A DNA stretch of 64,000 nucleotides from Eledone cirrhosa (Eukaryota). A program made the position numbers and the translations under genes. Numbering within the stretch: position 1 is the stretch's first letter; the number at the start of each line of letters is the position of its first letter. The stretch covers positions 436,914,001 to 436,978,000 of the forward strand of contig OZ024740.1 in assembly GCA_964016885.1 (NCBI GenBank), read 5' to 3'. Of this stretch, positions 1 through 13,700 are shown one piece after another. Below the pieces are notes generated by a model. The model saw nothing but the letters and a program-made list of their open reading frames with translations, did no database searches and was not told where the DNA came from.

Positions 1-3000
1 ACCCCTCACAGTTCACTATATGTCAAGCTATTTCTGTGATAACCCCTCACTGTTCACTACATGTCAAGCTATTTCTGTGATAACCCCTCACTGTTCACTA
101 CATGTCAAACTATTTCTGTAATAACCCCTCACTGTTCACTACATGTCAAGCTATTTCTGTAATAACCACTCACTGTTCACTACAGGTCATGCTATTTCTG
201 ATACACCCTCACCGTTCACTACATGTCAAGCTATTTCTGTGGTAACCCCTCACTGTTCACTAGATGTCAAGCTATTTCTGTAATAACCCCTCACTGTTCA
301 CTACATGTCAAGCTATTTCTGTGATAACCTCTCACTGTTCACTACATGTCAAGCTACTTCTGTGATAACCTCTCACTGTTCACTACATGTCAAGCTATTT
401 CTGTGATAACCCCTCACTGTTCACTACATGTCAAGCTATTTCTGTGATAACCCCTCACTGTTCACTACATGTCAAGCTATTTCTGTAATAACCCCTCACT
501 GTTCACTACATGTCAAGCTATTTCTGTGATAAGCCCTCACTGTTCACTACATATCAAGCTATTTCTGTGATAACCCCTCACTGTTCACTACATGTCAAGC
601 TATTTCTGTGATTACCCCTCACCGTTCACTATATGTCAAGCTATTTCTGTGATAACCCCTCACTTTTCACTACATGTCAAGCTATTTCTGTGATTACCCC
701 TCACTTTTCACTACATGTCAAGCTATTTCTGTGATAACCCCTCACTGTTCACTACATGTCAAGCTATTTCTGTGACAACCCCTCATTGTTCACTACATGT
801 CAAGCTATTTCTGTGATTACCCCTCACTGTTCACTACATGTCAAGCTATTTCTGTGATAACCCCTCACTGTTCTCTACATGTCAAGCTATTTCTGTAATA
901 ACCCCTCACTGTTCACTACATGTCAAGCTATTTCTGTGATAATCCCTGACTGTTCACTACATGTCAAGCTATTTCTGTGATAACCCCTCACTGTGCACTA
1001 CATGTCAAGCTATTTCTGTGCTAATCCCTCACTGTTCACTACATGTCAAGCTATTTCTGTGATAACCCCTCACTGTTCACTACATGTCAAGCTATTTCTG
1101 TGATAATCCCTGACTGTTCACTACATGTCAAGCTATTTCTATGATAACCCCTCACTGTTCACTACATGTCAAGCTTTTTCTGTAATTACCCCCCATTGTT
1201 CACTACATGTCAAGCTATTTCTGTGATTACCCCTCACCGTTCACTATATGTCAAGCTATTTCTGTGATAACCCCTCACTTTTCACTACATGTCAAGCTAT
1301 TTCTGTGATTACCCCTCACTTTTCACTACATGTCAAGCTATTTCTGTGCTAATCCCTCACTGTTCACTACATGTCAAGCTATTTCTGTGATAACCCCTCA
1401 CTGTTCACTACATGTCAAGCTATGTCTGTGATAATCCCTGACTGTTCACTACATGTCAAGCTATTTCTGTGATGACCCCTCACTGTTCAATACATGTCAA
1501 GCTATTTCCGGTGATTACCCCTCACAGTTCACTATATGTCAAGCTATTTCTGTGATAACCCCTCACTGTTCACTACATGTCAAGCTATTTCTGTGATAAC
1601 CCCTCACTGTTCACTAGATGTCAAGCTATTTCTGTAATAACCCCTCACTGTTCACTACATGTCAAGCTATTTCTGTGATAACCTCTCACTGTTCACTACA
1701 TGTCAAGCTACTTCTGTGATAACCTCTCACTGTTCACTACATGTCAAGCTATTTCTGTGATAACCCCTCACTGTTCACTACATGTCAAGCTATTTCTGTG
1801 ATAACCCCTCACTGTTCACTACATGTCAAGCTATTTCTGTAATAACCCCTCACTGTTCACTACATGTCAAGCTATTTCTGTGATAACCCCTCACTGTTCA
1901 CTACATGTCAAGCTATTTCTGTGATAGCCCCTCACTGTTCACTACATGTCAAGCTATTTCTGTGATTACCCCTCACCGTTCACTATATGTCAAGCTATTT
2001 CTGTGATAACCCCTCACTTTTCACTACATGTCAAGCTATTTCTGTGATTACCCCTCACTTTTCACTACATGTCAAGCTATTTCTGTGATAACCCCTCACT
2101 GTTCACTACATGTCAAGCTATTTCTGTGACAACCCCTCATTGTTCACTACATGTCAAGCTATTTCTGTGATTACCCCTCACTGTTCACTACATGTCAAGC
2201 TATTTCTGTGATAACCCCTCACTGTTCTCTACATGTCAAGCTATTTCTGTAATAACCCCTCACTGTTCACTACATGTCAAGCTATTTCTGTGATAATCCC
2301 TGACTGTTCACTACATGTCAAGCTATTTCTGTGATAACCCCTCACTGTTCACTACATGTCAAGCTATTTCTGTGCTAATCCCTCACTGTTCACTACATGT
2401 CAAGCTATTTCTGTGATAACCCCTCACTGTTCACTACATGTCAAGCTATTTCTGTGATAATCCCTGACTGTTCACTACATGTCAAGCTATTTCTATGATA
2501 ACCCCTCACTGTTCACTACATGTCAAGCTTTTTCTGTAATTACCCCCCATTGTTCACTACATGTCAAGCTATTTCTGTGATTACCCCTCACCGTTCACTA
2601 TATGTCACTATTTCTGTGATAACCCCTCACTTTTCACTACATGTCAAGCTATTTCTGTGATTACCCCTCACTTTTCACTACATGTCAAGCTATTTCTGTG
2701 ATAACCCCTCACTGTTCACTACATGTCAAGCTATTTCTGTTTATAACCTCTCACTGTTCACTACATGTCAAGCTATTTGTGTGATAACCTCTCACTGTTC
2801 ACTACATGTCAAGCTATTTCTGTGATAACCACTCACTGTTCACTACATGTCAAGCTATTTCTGTGACAACCCCTCATTGTTCACTACATGTCAAGCTATT
2901 TCTGTGATTACCCCTCACTGTTCACTACATGTCAACTATTTCTGTGATAACCCCTCACTGTTCACTACATGTCAAGCTATATCTGTGATAACCCCTCACT

Positions 3001-6000
3001 GTTCACTACATGTCAAGCTATTTCTGTGATAACCCCTCACTGTTCACTACATGTCAAGCTATTTCTGTGATAACCCCTCACTGTTTACTACATGTCAAGC
3101 TATTTCTGTGATAACCCCTCACTGTTCACTACATGTCAAGCTATTTCTGTGCTAATCCCTCACTGTTCACTACATGTCAAGCTATTTCTGTGATAACCCC
3201 TCACTGTTCACTACATGTCAAGCTATTTCTGTGATAATCCCTGACTGTTCACTACATGTCAAGCTATTTCTGTGATAACCCCTCACTGTTCACTACATGT
3301 CAAGCTATTTCCGGTGATTACCCCTCACAGTTCACTATATGTCAAGCTATTTCTGTGATAACCCCTCACTGTTCACTACATGTCAAGCTATTTCTGTGAT
3401 AACCCCTCACTGTTCACTACATGTCAAACTATTTCTGTAATAACCCCTCACTGTTCACTACATGTCAAGCTATTTCTGTAATAACCACTCACTGTTCACT
3501 ACAGGTCATGCTATTTCTGATAAACCCTCACCGTTCACTACATGTCAAGCTATTTCTGTGATAACCCCTCACTGTTCACTAGATGTCAAGCTATTTCTGT
3601 AATAACCCCTCACTGTTCACTACATGTCAAGCTATTTCTGTGATAACCCCTCACTGTTCACTACATGTCAAGCTATTTCTGTGATAATCCCTGACTGTTC
3701 ACTACATGTCAAGCTATTTCTATGATAACCCCTCACTGTTCACTACATGTCAAGCTTTTTCTGTAATTACCCCTCACTGTTCACTACATGTCCCAGCTAT
3801 TTCTGTGATTACCCCTCACCGTTCACTATATGTCAAGCTATTTCTGTGATAACCCCTCACTGTTCACTACAGGTCAAGCTATTTCTGTTTATAACCTCTC
3901 ACTGTTCACTACATGTCAAGCTATTTGTGTGATAACCTCTCACTGTTCACTACATGTCAAGCTATTTCTGTGATAACCACTCACTGTTCACTACATGTCA
4001 AGCTATTTCTGTGACAACCCCTCATTGTTCACTACATGTCAAGCTATTTCTGTGATTACCCCTCACTGTTCACTACATGTCAAGCTATTTCTGTGATAAC
4101 CCCTCACTGTTCACTACATGTCAAGCTATATCTGTGATAACCCCTCACTGTTCACTACATGTCAAGCTATTTCTGTGATAACCCCTCACTGTTCACTACA
4201 TGTCAAGCTATTTCTGTGATAACCCCTCACTGTTCACTACATGTCAAGCTATTTCTGTGATAACCCCTCACTGTTCACTACATGTCAAGCTATTTCTGTG
4301 CTAATCCCTCACTGTTCACTACATGTCAAGCTATTTCTGTGATAACCCCTCACTGTTCACTACATGTCAAGCAATTTCTGTGATAATCCCTGACTGTTCA
4401 CTACATGTCAAGCTATTTCTGTGATAACCCCTCACTGTTCACTACATGTCAAGCTATTTCCGGTGATTACCCCTCACTGTTCACTATATGTCAAGCTATT
4501 TCTGTGATAACCCCTCACTGTTCAATACATGTCAAGCTATTTCTGTGATAACCCCTCACTGTTCACTACATGTCAAACTATTTCTGTAATAACCCCTCAC
4601 TGTTCACTACATGTCAAGCTATTTCTGTAATAACCACTCACTGTTCACTACTGGTCAAACTATTTCTGATAAACCCTCACCGTTCACTACATGTCAAGCT
4701 ATTTCTGTGATAACCCCTCACTGTTCACTAGATGTCAAGCTATTTCTGTAATAACCCCTCACTGTTCACTACATGTCAAGCTATTTCTGTGATTACCCCT
4801 CACTTTTCACTACATGTCAAGCTATTTCTGTGATAACCCCTCACTGTTCACTACATGTCAAGCTATTTCTGTGACAACCCCTCATTGTTCACTACATGTC
4901 AAGCTATTTCTGTGATTACCCCTCACTGTTCACTACATGTCAAGCTATTTCTGTGATAACCCCTCACTGTTCTCTACATGTCAAGCTATTTCTGTGATTA
5001 CCCCTCACTTTTCACTACATGTCAAGCTATTTCTGTGATAACCCCTCACTGTTCACTACATGTCAAGCTATTTCTGTGACAACCCCTCATTGTTCACTAC
5101 ATGTCAAGCTATTTCTGTGATAACCCCTCACTGTTCACTACATGTCAAGCTATTTCTGTGATAATCCCTGACTGTTCACTACATGTCAAGCTGTTTCTAT
5201 GATAACCCCTCACTGTTCACTACATGTCAAGCTTTTTCTGTAATTACCCCTCACCGTTCACTACATGTCAAGCTATTTCTGTGATTACCCCTCACCGTTC
5301 ACTACATGTCAAGCTATTTCTGAGATAAACCCTCACCTTTCACTACATGTCAAGCTATTTCTGTGATAACCCCTCACTGTTCACTAGATGTCAAACTATT
5401 TCTGTAATAACCCCTCACTGTTCACTACATGTCAAGCTATTTCTGTGATAACCCCTCACTGTTCACTACATGTCAAGCTATTTCTGTGATAACCCCTCAC
5501 TGTTCACTACATCTCAAGCTATTTCTGTGATAACCCCTCACTGTTCACTACATGTCAAGCTATTTCTGTGATAACCCCTCACTGTTCACTACATGTCAAG
5601 CTATTTCTGTGATAACCCCTCACTGTTCACTACATGTCAAGCTATTTCTGTGATAACCCCTCACTGTTCACTACATGTCAAGCTATTTCTGTGATAACCC
5701 CTCACTGTTCACTACATGTCAAGCTATTTCTGTGATAACCCCTCACTGTTCACTACATGTCAAGCTATTTGTGTGATAACCCCTCTCTGTTCACTTCATG
5801 TCAAGCTATTTCTGTGATAACCTCTCACTGTTCACTATATGTCAAGCTATTTCTGTGATAATCCCTCACTGTTCACTACATGTGAAGCTATTTCTGTGAT
5901 AACCCCTCACTGTTCACTACATGTCAAGCTATTTCTGTTATAATCCCTCACTGTTCACTACATGTCAAGCTATTTCTGTGATAATCCCTCACTGTTCACT

Positions 6001-6073
6001 ACATGTCAAGCTATTTCTGTGATAACCCGTCACTGTTCACTACATGTCAAGCTATTTCTGTGATAATCCCTCA
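1..6073. repeat. 41-bp tandem satellite (consensus ACCCCTCACTGTTCACTACATGTCAAGCTATTTCTGTGATA), ~148 copies, runs off the left edge
   Basis: Unit restarts at 1, 42, 83 and so on; high identity between units; ends abruptly at ~6073. Confidence 0.97.
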
Positions 6074-6149
6074 TAAACATTATAGACACCATAATAATAC
6101 TAACTCTATCAAACATCCCAGTAATTATAATATCCAAATTGTCCCGACC

Positions 6150-6238
6150 TCACGTGACCTGTGATGTTGGATGTCACGTGACCTGTGTGTTTGGATGTCA
6201 GGTGACCAATGCCCTACTCAACGGCTGTTTCCGCTTCC
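6150..6238. promoter_or_regulatory. Candidate promoter-like motif cluster: E-box/CLEAR-like repeats, CCAAT, ETS-like site
   Basis: TCACGTGAC (6150-6158), GTCACGTGAC (6173-6182) and GTCAGGTGAC (6197-6206) spaced ~24 bp apart; CCAAT at 6206-6210; TTCCGCTTCC at 6229-6238. Motif match only. Confidence 0.3.
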
Positions 6239-6321
6239 TTTAGATTGAAATATATAAACGTACTTTACAAATGTAGACTCCTACAGACTGGGCGTGGTGA
6301 CGACGACTGCGATGACTAACT

Positions 6322-7528
6322 TGGTGTTGATGATGATGATAGTGATATTGATGGTGGGGATGGTGATGACAGTGATGATGGTGTTGGTGATGACAGGGAT
6401 GGTGATGACATGATGGTGATGGTGATGACAGTGATGATGGTGTTGGTGATGACAGGGATGGTGATGGTGATGACATGATGGTGATGGTGATGACAGTGAT
6501 GGTGATGGTGATGGTGATGACATGATGGTGATGACATGATGGTGATGTTGATGACAATGATGGTGATGGTGATGGTGATGACAGTGATGGTGATGACAGT
6601 GATGGTGATGACATGATGGTGATGGTGATGACAGTGATGGTGATGGTGATGACATGATGGTGATGGTGATGACATGATGGTGATGGTGATGACATGATGG
6701 TGATGGTGATGACAGTGATGATGGTGATGGTGATGACAGTGATGGTGATGGTGATGACATGATGGTGATGGTGATTACAGTGATGATGGTGATGGTGATG
6801 ACAGTGATGGTGATGGTGATGGTGATGGTGATGACAGTGATGGTGATGGTGATGGTGATGACAGTGATGATGGTGGTGGTGATGACAGTGATGGTGATGA
6901 CAGTGATGGTGATGGTTATGAAAGTGATAGTGGTGATGACAGTGATGATGATGGTGTTGGTGATGACAGTGATGGTGATGGTGATGGTGATGACAGTGAT
7001 GGTGATGGTGATGACAGTGATGGTGATGACAGTGATGACAGTGATGATGACATGATGGTGATGGTGATGACATGATGGTGATGATGATGACAGTGATGAT
7101 GGTGATGACAGTGATGATTATGGTGATGGTGATGGTCATGGTGATGACAGTGATGGTGATGGTGATGACAGTGATGATGGTGATGACATGATGCTGATGG
7201 TGATGATGACAGAGGAGGAGTGGGATTATGATGTTGGAAGAGATGATGTAGGTGATGGTGTTGATGATGATGGTGAAGGTCGTGGTGATGGTGATGGTGA
7301 TGTTGATGGTGCTTATGGTAATGATAATAATGATGATGATGATGGTGATGGTAATGATGATCATGATGATAGTGGTGGTGGTGGTGGTGGTGGTGGTGGT
7401 GGTGGTGGTGGTGGTGGTGGTGGTGGTGGTGGTGGTGGTGGTGGAGGTGACGGTGATGGTGGTGGTGGTGGTGGAGGTGACGGTGATGGCGATGATGATG
7501 GTAAGAATGTTTATGATGATGATGATGA
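6322..7528. repeat. Compound (GAT/GGT)n low-complexity repeat with GACA(GT) interruptions and a pure (TGG)n run at ~7372-7445
   Basis: Directly visible; it generates the His-rich and Val/Met-rich pseudo-ORFs. Confidence 0.93.
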
Positions 7529-8371
7529 CGTTAGCATATCTTGCTACTTGACTTAGAATTATAAATATGATTAATTTGTATGTATATCAGTTACCAATTG
7601 TGTTCTTCTTTCTTGTTTTGTTGGTGCCACACAGTAATACCGATACCAGAACAGATAAGATGTTCTTATTAATAGAATACACTTTCCTTTTCTCCTCCTT
7701 TTTTTTTTTTTTTCTTGTTTTCTTCTTTCTATGACTCTTGGGAGATTGTGATTGCTGAAGAGTGTCAGTTCGCTTGAAATCTCTCGAGGCTATTCACCTA
7801 TCTTTACCACTTCGATAAGATTCATGACCTGCTAAATTATCTGAAATAAAACATTCCAACTTTTAACTACAGGAGGAGCCGTTTATAGTAAAAGCAGCGA
7901 AATTTAATATTTCAACGACAATATTGTCAGGTAACTGGACACCATCGACATTCATGTCATGGTTCCAGGAGAACATATGATGATTTTACAGCGACTGTTT
8001 TTCCACTAGCTAACTTCTGCCCAGCCTAATGCACTTTCAATGACTCTTGACCTTCCAGTGGATATCAGTGTCTGTGTTTCAGCACCCAGGACATTACAGC
8101 CGACATATTGACGATGCTTTTTCTTTATTTTTTTTTCTTTGGAGTTTTAATTTAGTTTATGAATGAATAAATAAATAAATAAATATATTAAAATAAATAA
8201 AAATGTCCGCAAGGCAGTCTTTGTGAATTTTGTTGTTATCTAGAGAGAGTAAATAATATTTAGTGATCAGTGATATAGTTATTTCGTTTACTGAATTGTT
8301 GGTTTGGAGGAAATAGAGGCGGTGAGCAAGTAGAAGAGCCGAACAGGAACTGTATCAACTTTACTGTTGTT

Positions 8372-8395
8372 GAAGAAGAAGAAGAAGAAGAAGAA
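8372..8395. repeat. (GAA)8 microsatellite
   Basis: Directly visible. Confidence 0.9.
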
Positions 8396-8444
8396 GATAA
8401 CTAAAAGCAAACAACGATTTGCCAGAATATTCTAAATTAATAAG

Positions 8445-9397
8445 ACTAACATATTATATACTAAACATGTTATATACTAAACATATTATATACTAAACAT
8501 ATTATATACTAAACATTATATACTAAACATTATATACTAAACATATTATATACTAAACATATTATATATTAAACATGTCATATACTAAACATATTATATA
8601 CTAAACATTACATACTAAACATATTATATAACTAAACATATTATATACTAAACATATTATATACTAAACATTATATACTAAACATATTATATACTAAACA
8701 TATTATATACTAAACATTATATACTAAACATGTTATATTCTAAACATCTTATATACTAAACATATTATATACTAAACATATTATATACTAAACATTATAT
8801 ACTAAACATATTATATACTAAACATATTATATATTAAACATGTCATATACTAAACATATTATATACTACACATGTTATATACTAAACATGTTATATACTA
8901 AACATATTATATACTAAACATTATATACTAAACATATTATATGCTAAACATATTATATACTAAACATATTATATACCAAACATTATATACTAAACATATT
9001 ATATACTAAACATGTTATATACTAAACATGTTATATACTAAACATATATACTAAACATATTACATACTAAACATTATATACTAAACATATTATATACTAA
9101 ACATATTATACTAAACATATTATATACTAGACATGTTATGTACTAAATATATTATATACCAAACATAAAATAAAATACCAGTAATACACTGGGTAATTGC
9201 TGGCCTTGTGCCAAAAGTAGAAACAATTATATACCAAACATGTTATATACTAAACATATATACTAAACATGTTATTTACTAAACATATTATATACTAAAC
9301 ATATTATATACTAAACATGTTATATACTAAACATGTTATATACTAAACATGTTATATACTAAACATATTATACTAAACATATTTATTATATACTAAA
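8445..9397. repeat. 16/14-bp AT-rich minisatellite (CTAAACATATTATATA / CTAAACATTATATA), interrupted by a SINE fragment
   Basis: Directly visible tandem units with a CATG variant. Confidence 0.93.
9167..9225 (+). mobile_element. Heavily 5'-truncated SINE (3' end only) with 16-bp TSD
   Basis: Matches the 3' end of the copies at 9954-10131 and 19001-19179 (TACCAGTAATACACTGGGTAATTGCTGGCCTTGTGCCAAAAGTAGAAACA); flanked by ATTATATACCAAACAT at 9151-9166 and 9226-9241. Confidence 0.85.
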
Positions 9398-9516
9398 CTT
9401 TTTACAATATACTATATATATATTTCTTAACTGTAAACGTTCTTAAAACAGAAAAATAGTTATTGATTTAAAGTTATTTTTGGAGAATAAATGAGATTAA
9501 ATATTGCTTTGGTTAC

Positions 9517-9704
9517 TATATACACATATATACACATATATATATACACATATATACACATATATGCACATATTTACATACATATATACATACATATATA
9601 CACATATATTCACATATATGCACATATATAAACATATACACATATATAAACATATATACACATATATAAACACACATATATACACATATATATATATACA
9701 TATA
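9517..9704. repeat. (TA/CA)n compound microsatellite
   Basis: Directly visible. Confidence 0.9.
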
Positions 9705-9953
9705 TGGGGTTGATATGATCAAGTAACTTCCATTGGTTCCCCAACATGGCCGCAGTCAAACGATTGGAGCCATTAAAAGGATAAAAGAATATACACAAAG
9801 CCACAGAATTATTTAATGAGAACCAATCCGGGTCCATTTATGATGTTGGGAGTCCATGAAAGTAAAATACTAAATCAGGGGTCCATGGAGAAAATTTGAT
9901 TTGAAGTATTCATAGAGGGAAACTATCTTAATCGTTAGAGAAAAAAATATAAT

Positions 9954-10131
9954 TGTTTCTACTTTTGGCACAAGGCCAGCAATTACCCAGTGTATTACTG
10001 GTACTTTATTTTATCGACCCCGTAAGGATGAAAGGCAAAGTTAACCTCGGCGGGATTTGAACTCAGACCGTAAAGGGACGTAACTCTATGTTTCAAAGCA
10101 TGGTGTCCGACTCTCTACCGATACTGCCAAT
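9954..10131 (-). mobile_element. Near full-length tRNA-derived SINE (Nin-like central domain)
   Basis: Reverse complement of the 19001-19179 copy; A-box-like TGGCAGTATCGG and B-box GAGTTCAAATCCC on the minus strand; core GCCTTTCATCCTTACGGGGTCGATAAAATAAAGTACCAG; TSD AAAATATAAT at 9944-9953 and 10133-10142. Confidence 0.9.
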
Positions 10132-10260
10132 GAAAATATAATGTTTTAAAGGAAGTTGGTAAAAATATTCCCTGGAGAAGTAATAGAAACCAAAAGAAAT
10201 GTTACTGGACGTTAACAGAAATAACAGCGAGCTTGATTCCCGAACCACATCCCTACTCAC

Positions 10261-10373
10261 TGCTATTGGAGCAGAGTTGGCCACCCGCAGGTGGGAGCCC
10301 CGACTCCCTCGTCGTCCTCTGGGGCAATGTATACGCCATCTTGTCGGCCGAGACCCTGAGATGGAGGGTAAGT
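10261..10373 (+). other. Candidate promoter and first exon ending ATG GAG G|GTAAGT
   Basis: GC/CpG-rich patch in AT-rich DNA; ATTGG (reverse CCAAT) ~10265; YY1-like CGCCATCTTG at 10334-10343; ATG at 10361; consensus-like splice donor GTAAGT at 10368-10373. No downstream exon identified. Confidence 0.3.
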
Positions 10374-10422
10374 TAGTTGGAGGTCATCTATATGCTAGTG
10401 TTATTATATATATGAATATATA

Positions 10423-10540
10423 TACGGTCTGAGTTTAAATCCCGCCGAGGTTAACTTTGCCTTTCATCCTACGGGGTCGATAAAATAAAGTACCAGTAAT
10501 GTACTGTGAAATTGCTGGCCTTGTGCTAAAAGTAGAAACA
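10423..10540 (+). mobile_element. 5'-truncated copy of the same tRNA-derived SINE
   Basis: B-box remnant GAGTTTAAATCCC, core and 3' end present; ~20-bp TSD ATTATATATATGAA(T/C)ATATA at 10403-10422 and 10541-10560. Confidence 0.9.
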
Positions 10541-10776
10541 ATTATATATATGAACATATATAGGTACAGAACTCCAACAACAACAGTAGTGGAAACATGA
10601 AATAAACGAGAGGCAGTAGTGGTGAAATGTTATTAGAAGGGCAATATTTTACAAAAATGTCTATAAGTTTATAAAAGTCTAAAATGACTTGGATTAAACA
10701 AATTTTGATAAAAAAAAAAACAGATTGAAAAGTTATTTTGGGGTCTAAAAAGTCTAAAGTTATGAAGTCAAAATTC

Positions 10777-13700
10777 AAAATAAAGTCTACATATTGAATA
10801 AAATAAAGTCTAAATATTGAATAAAATAAAGTCTACATATTGAATAAAATAAAGTCTAAATATTGAATAAAATAAAGTCTACATATTGAATAAAATAAAG
10901 TCTACATATTGAATAAAATAAAGTCTAAATATTGAATAAAATAAAGTCTAAATATTGAATAAAATAAAGTCAACATATTGAATAAAATAAAGTCTACATA
11001 TTGAATAAAATAAAGTCTAAATATTGAATAAAATAAAGTCTAAATATTGAATAAAATAAAGTCTAAATATTGAATAAAATAAAGTCTAAATATTGAATAA
11101 AATAAAGTCAACATATTGAATAAAATAAAGTCTAAATATTGAATAAAATAAAGTCTAAATATTGAATAAAATAAAGTCTAAATATTGAATCAAATAAAGT
11201 CTAAATATTGAATAAAATAAAGTCTAAATATTGAATAAAATAAAGTCTACATATTGAATAAAATAAAGTCTAAATATTGAATAAAATAAAGTCTACATAT
11301 TGAATAAAATAAAGTCTAAATATTGAATAAAATAAAGTCTAAATATTGAATAAAATAAAGTCAACATATTGAATAAAATAAAGTCTACATATTGAATAAA
11401 ATAAAGTCTAAATATTGAATAAAATAAAGTCAACATATTGAATAAAATAAAGTCTAAATATTGAATAAAATAAAGTCTACATATTGAATAAAATAAAGTC
11501 TAAATATTGAATAAAATAAAGTCTACATATTGAATGAAATAAAGTCTAAATATTGAATAAAATAAAGTCTACATATTGAATAAAATAAAGTCTAAATATT
11601 GAATAAAATAAAGTCTAAATATTGAATCAAATAAAGTCTAAATATTGAATAAAATAAAGTCTAAATATTGAATAAAATAAAGTCTACATATTGAATAAAA
11701 TAAAGTCTAAATATTGAATAAAATAAAGTCTACATATTGAATAAAATAAAGTCTAAATATTGAATAAAATAAAGTCTAAATATTGAATAAAATAAAGTCA
11801 ACATATTGAATAAAATAAAGTCTACATATTGAATAAAATAAAGTCAACATATTGAATAAAATAAAGTCTACATATTGAATAAAATAAAGTCTAAATATTG
11901 AATAAAATAAAGTCTACATATTGAATAAAATAAAGTCTAAATATTGAATAAAATAAAGTCTAAATATTGAATAAAATAAAGTCTACATATTGAATAAAAT
12001 AAAGTCTAAATATTGAATAAAATAAAGTCAACATATTGAATAAAATAAAGTCTACATATTGAATAAAATAAAGTCAACATATTGAATAAAATAAAGTCTA
12101 CATATTGAATAAAATAAAGTCTAAATATTGAATAAAATAAAGTCTACATATTGAATAAAATAAAGTCTAAATATTGAATAAAATAAAGTCTACATATTGA
12201 ATAAAATAAAGTCTAAATATTGAATAAAATAAAGTCAACATATTGAATAAAATAAAGTCTACATATTGAATAAAATAAAGTCTAAATATTGAATAAAATA
12301 AAGTCTAAATATTGAATAAAATAAAGTCTAAATATTGAATCAAATAAAGTCTAAATATTGAATAAAATTAAGTCTAAATATTGAATAAAATAAAGTCTAC
12401 ATATTGAATAAAATAAAGTCTAAATATTGAATAAAATAAAGTCAACATATTGAATAAAATAAAGTCTACATATTGAATAAAATAAAGTCAACATATTGAA
12501 TAAAATAAAGTCTACATATTGAATAAAATAAAGTCTAAATTTGAATAAAATAAAGTCTACATATTGAATAAAATAAAGTCTAAATATTGAATAAAATAAA
12601 GTCTACATATTGAATAAAATAAAGTCTAAATATTGAATAAAATAAAGTCTACATATTGAATAAAATAAAGTCTAAATATTGAATAAAATAAAGTCAACAT
12701 ATTGAATAAAATAAAGTCTACATATTGAATAAAATAAAGTCAACATATTGAATAAAATAAAGTCTACATATTGAATAAAATAAAGTCTAAATTTGAATAA
12801 AATAAAGTCTACATATTGAATAAAATAAAGTCTAAATATTGAATAAAATAAAGTCTACATATTGAATAAAATAAAGTCTAAATATTGAATAAAATAAAGT
12901 CAACATATTGAATAAAATAAAGTCTACATATTGAATAAAATAAAGTCTAAATATTGAATAAAATAAAGTCTAAATATTGAATCAAATAAAGTCTAAATAT
13001 TGAATAAAATTGAATAAAATAAAGTCTACATATTGAATAAAATAAAGTCTAAATATTGAATAAAATAAAGTCTACATATTGAATAAAATAAAGTCTACAT
13101 ATTGAATAAAATAAAGTCTAAATATTGAATAAAATAAAGTCTACATATTGAATAAAATAAAGTCTACATATTGAATAAAATAAAGTCTACATATTGAATA
13201 AAATAAAGTCTAAATATTGAATAAAATAAAGTCTACATATTGAATAAAATAAAGTCTAAATATTGAATAAAATAAAGTCTAAATATTGAATAAAATAAAG
13301 TCTACATATTGAATAAAATAAAGTCTAAATATTGAATAAAATAAAGTCAACATATTGAATAAAATAAAGTCTACATATTGAATAAAATAAAGTCTAAATA
13401 TTGAATAAAATAAAGTCTAAATATTGAATAAAATAAAGTCAACATATTGAATAAAATAAAGTCTACATATTGAATAAAATAAAGTCTAAATATTGAATAA
13501 AATAAAGTCTAAATATTGAATAAAATAAAGTCTACATATTGAATAAAATAAAGTCTAAATATTGAATAAAATAAAGTCAACATATTGAATAAAATAAAGT
13601 CTACATATTGAATAAAATAAAGTCTAAATATTGAATAAAATAAAGTCTACATATTGAATAAAATAAAGTCTAAATATTGAATAAAATAAAGTCTAAATAT

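Noticed and set aside
1-6073. CRISPR array or coding repeat
   Set aside because: Monomers are contiguous with no unique spacers, no cas genes are present, and 41 is not a multiple of 3. The lack of spacers also excludes the 23-bp and 39-bp arrays.
6240-7556. His/Cys-rich or Gly/Asp-rich protein ORFs
   Set aside because: Translations of a (GAT/GGT)n simple repeat that is open in several frames and shifts register.
9731-9900. hAT-like MITE remnant (CATTGGTTCCCCAAC, GGGGTCCATG motifs)
   Set aside because: No matching second TIR or 8-bp TSD visible; resemblance only.
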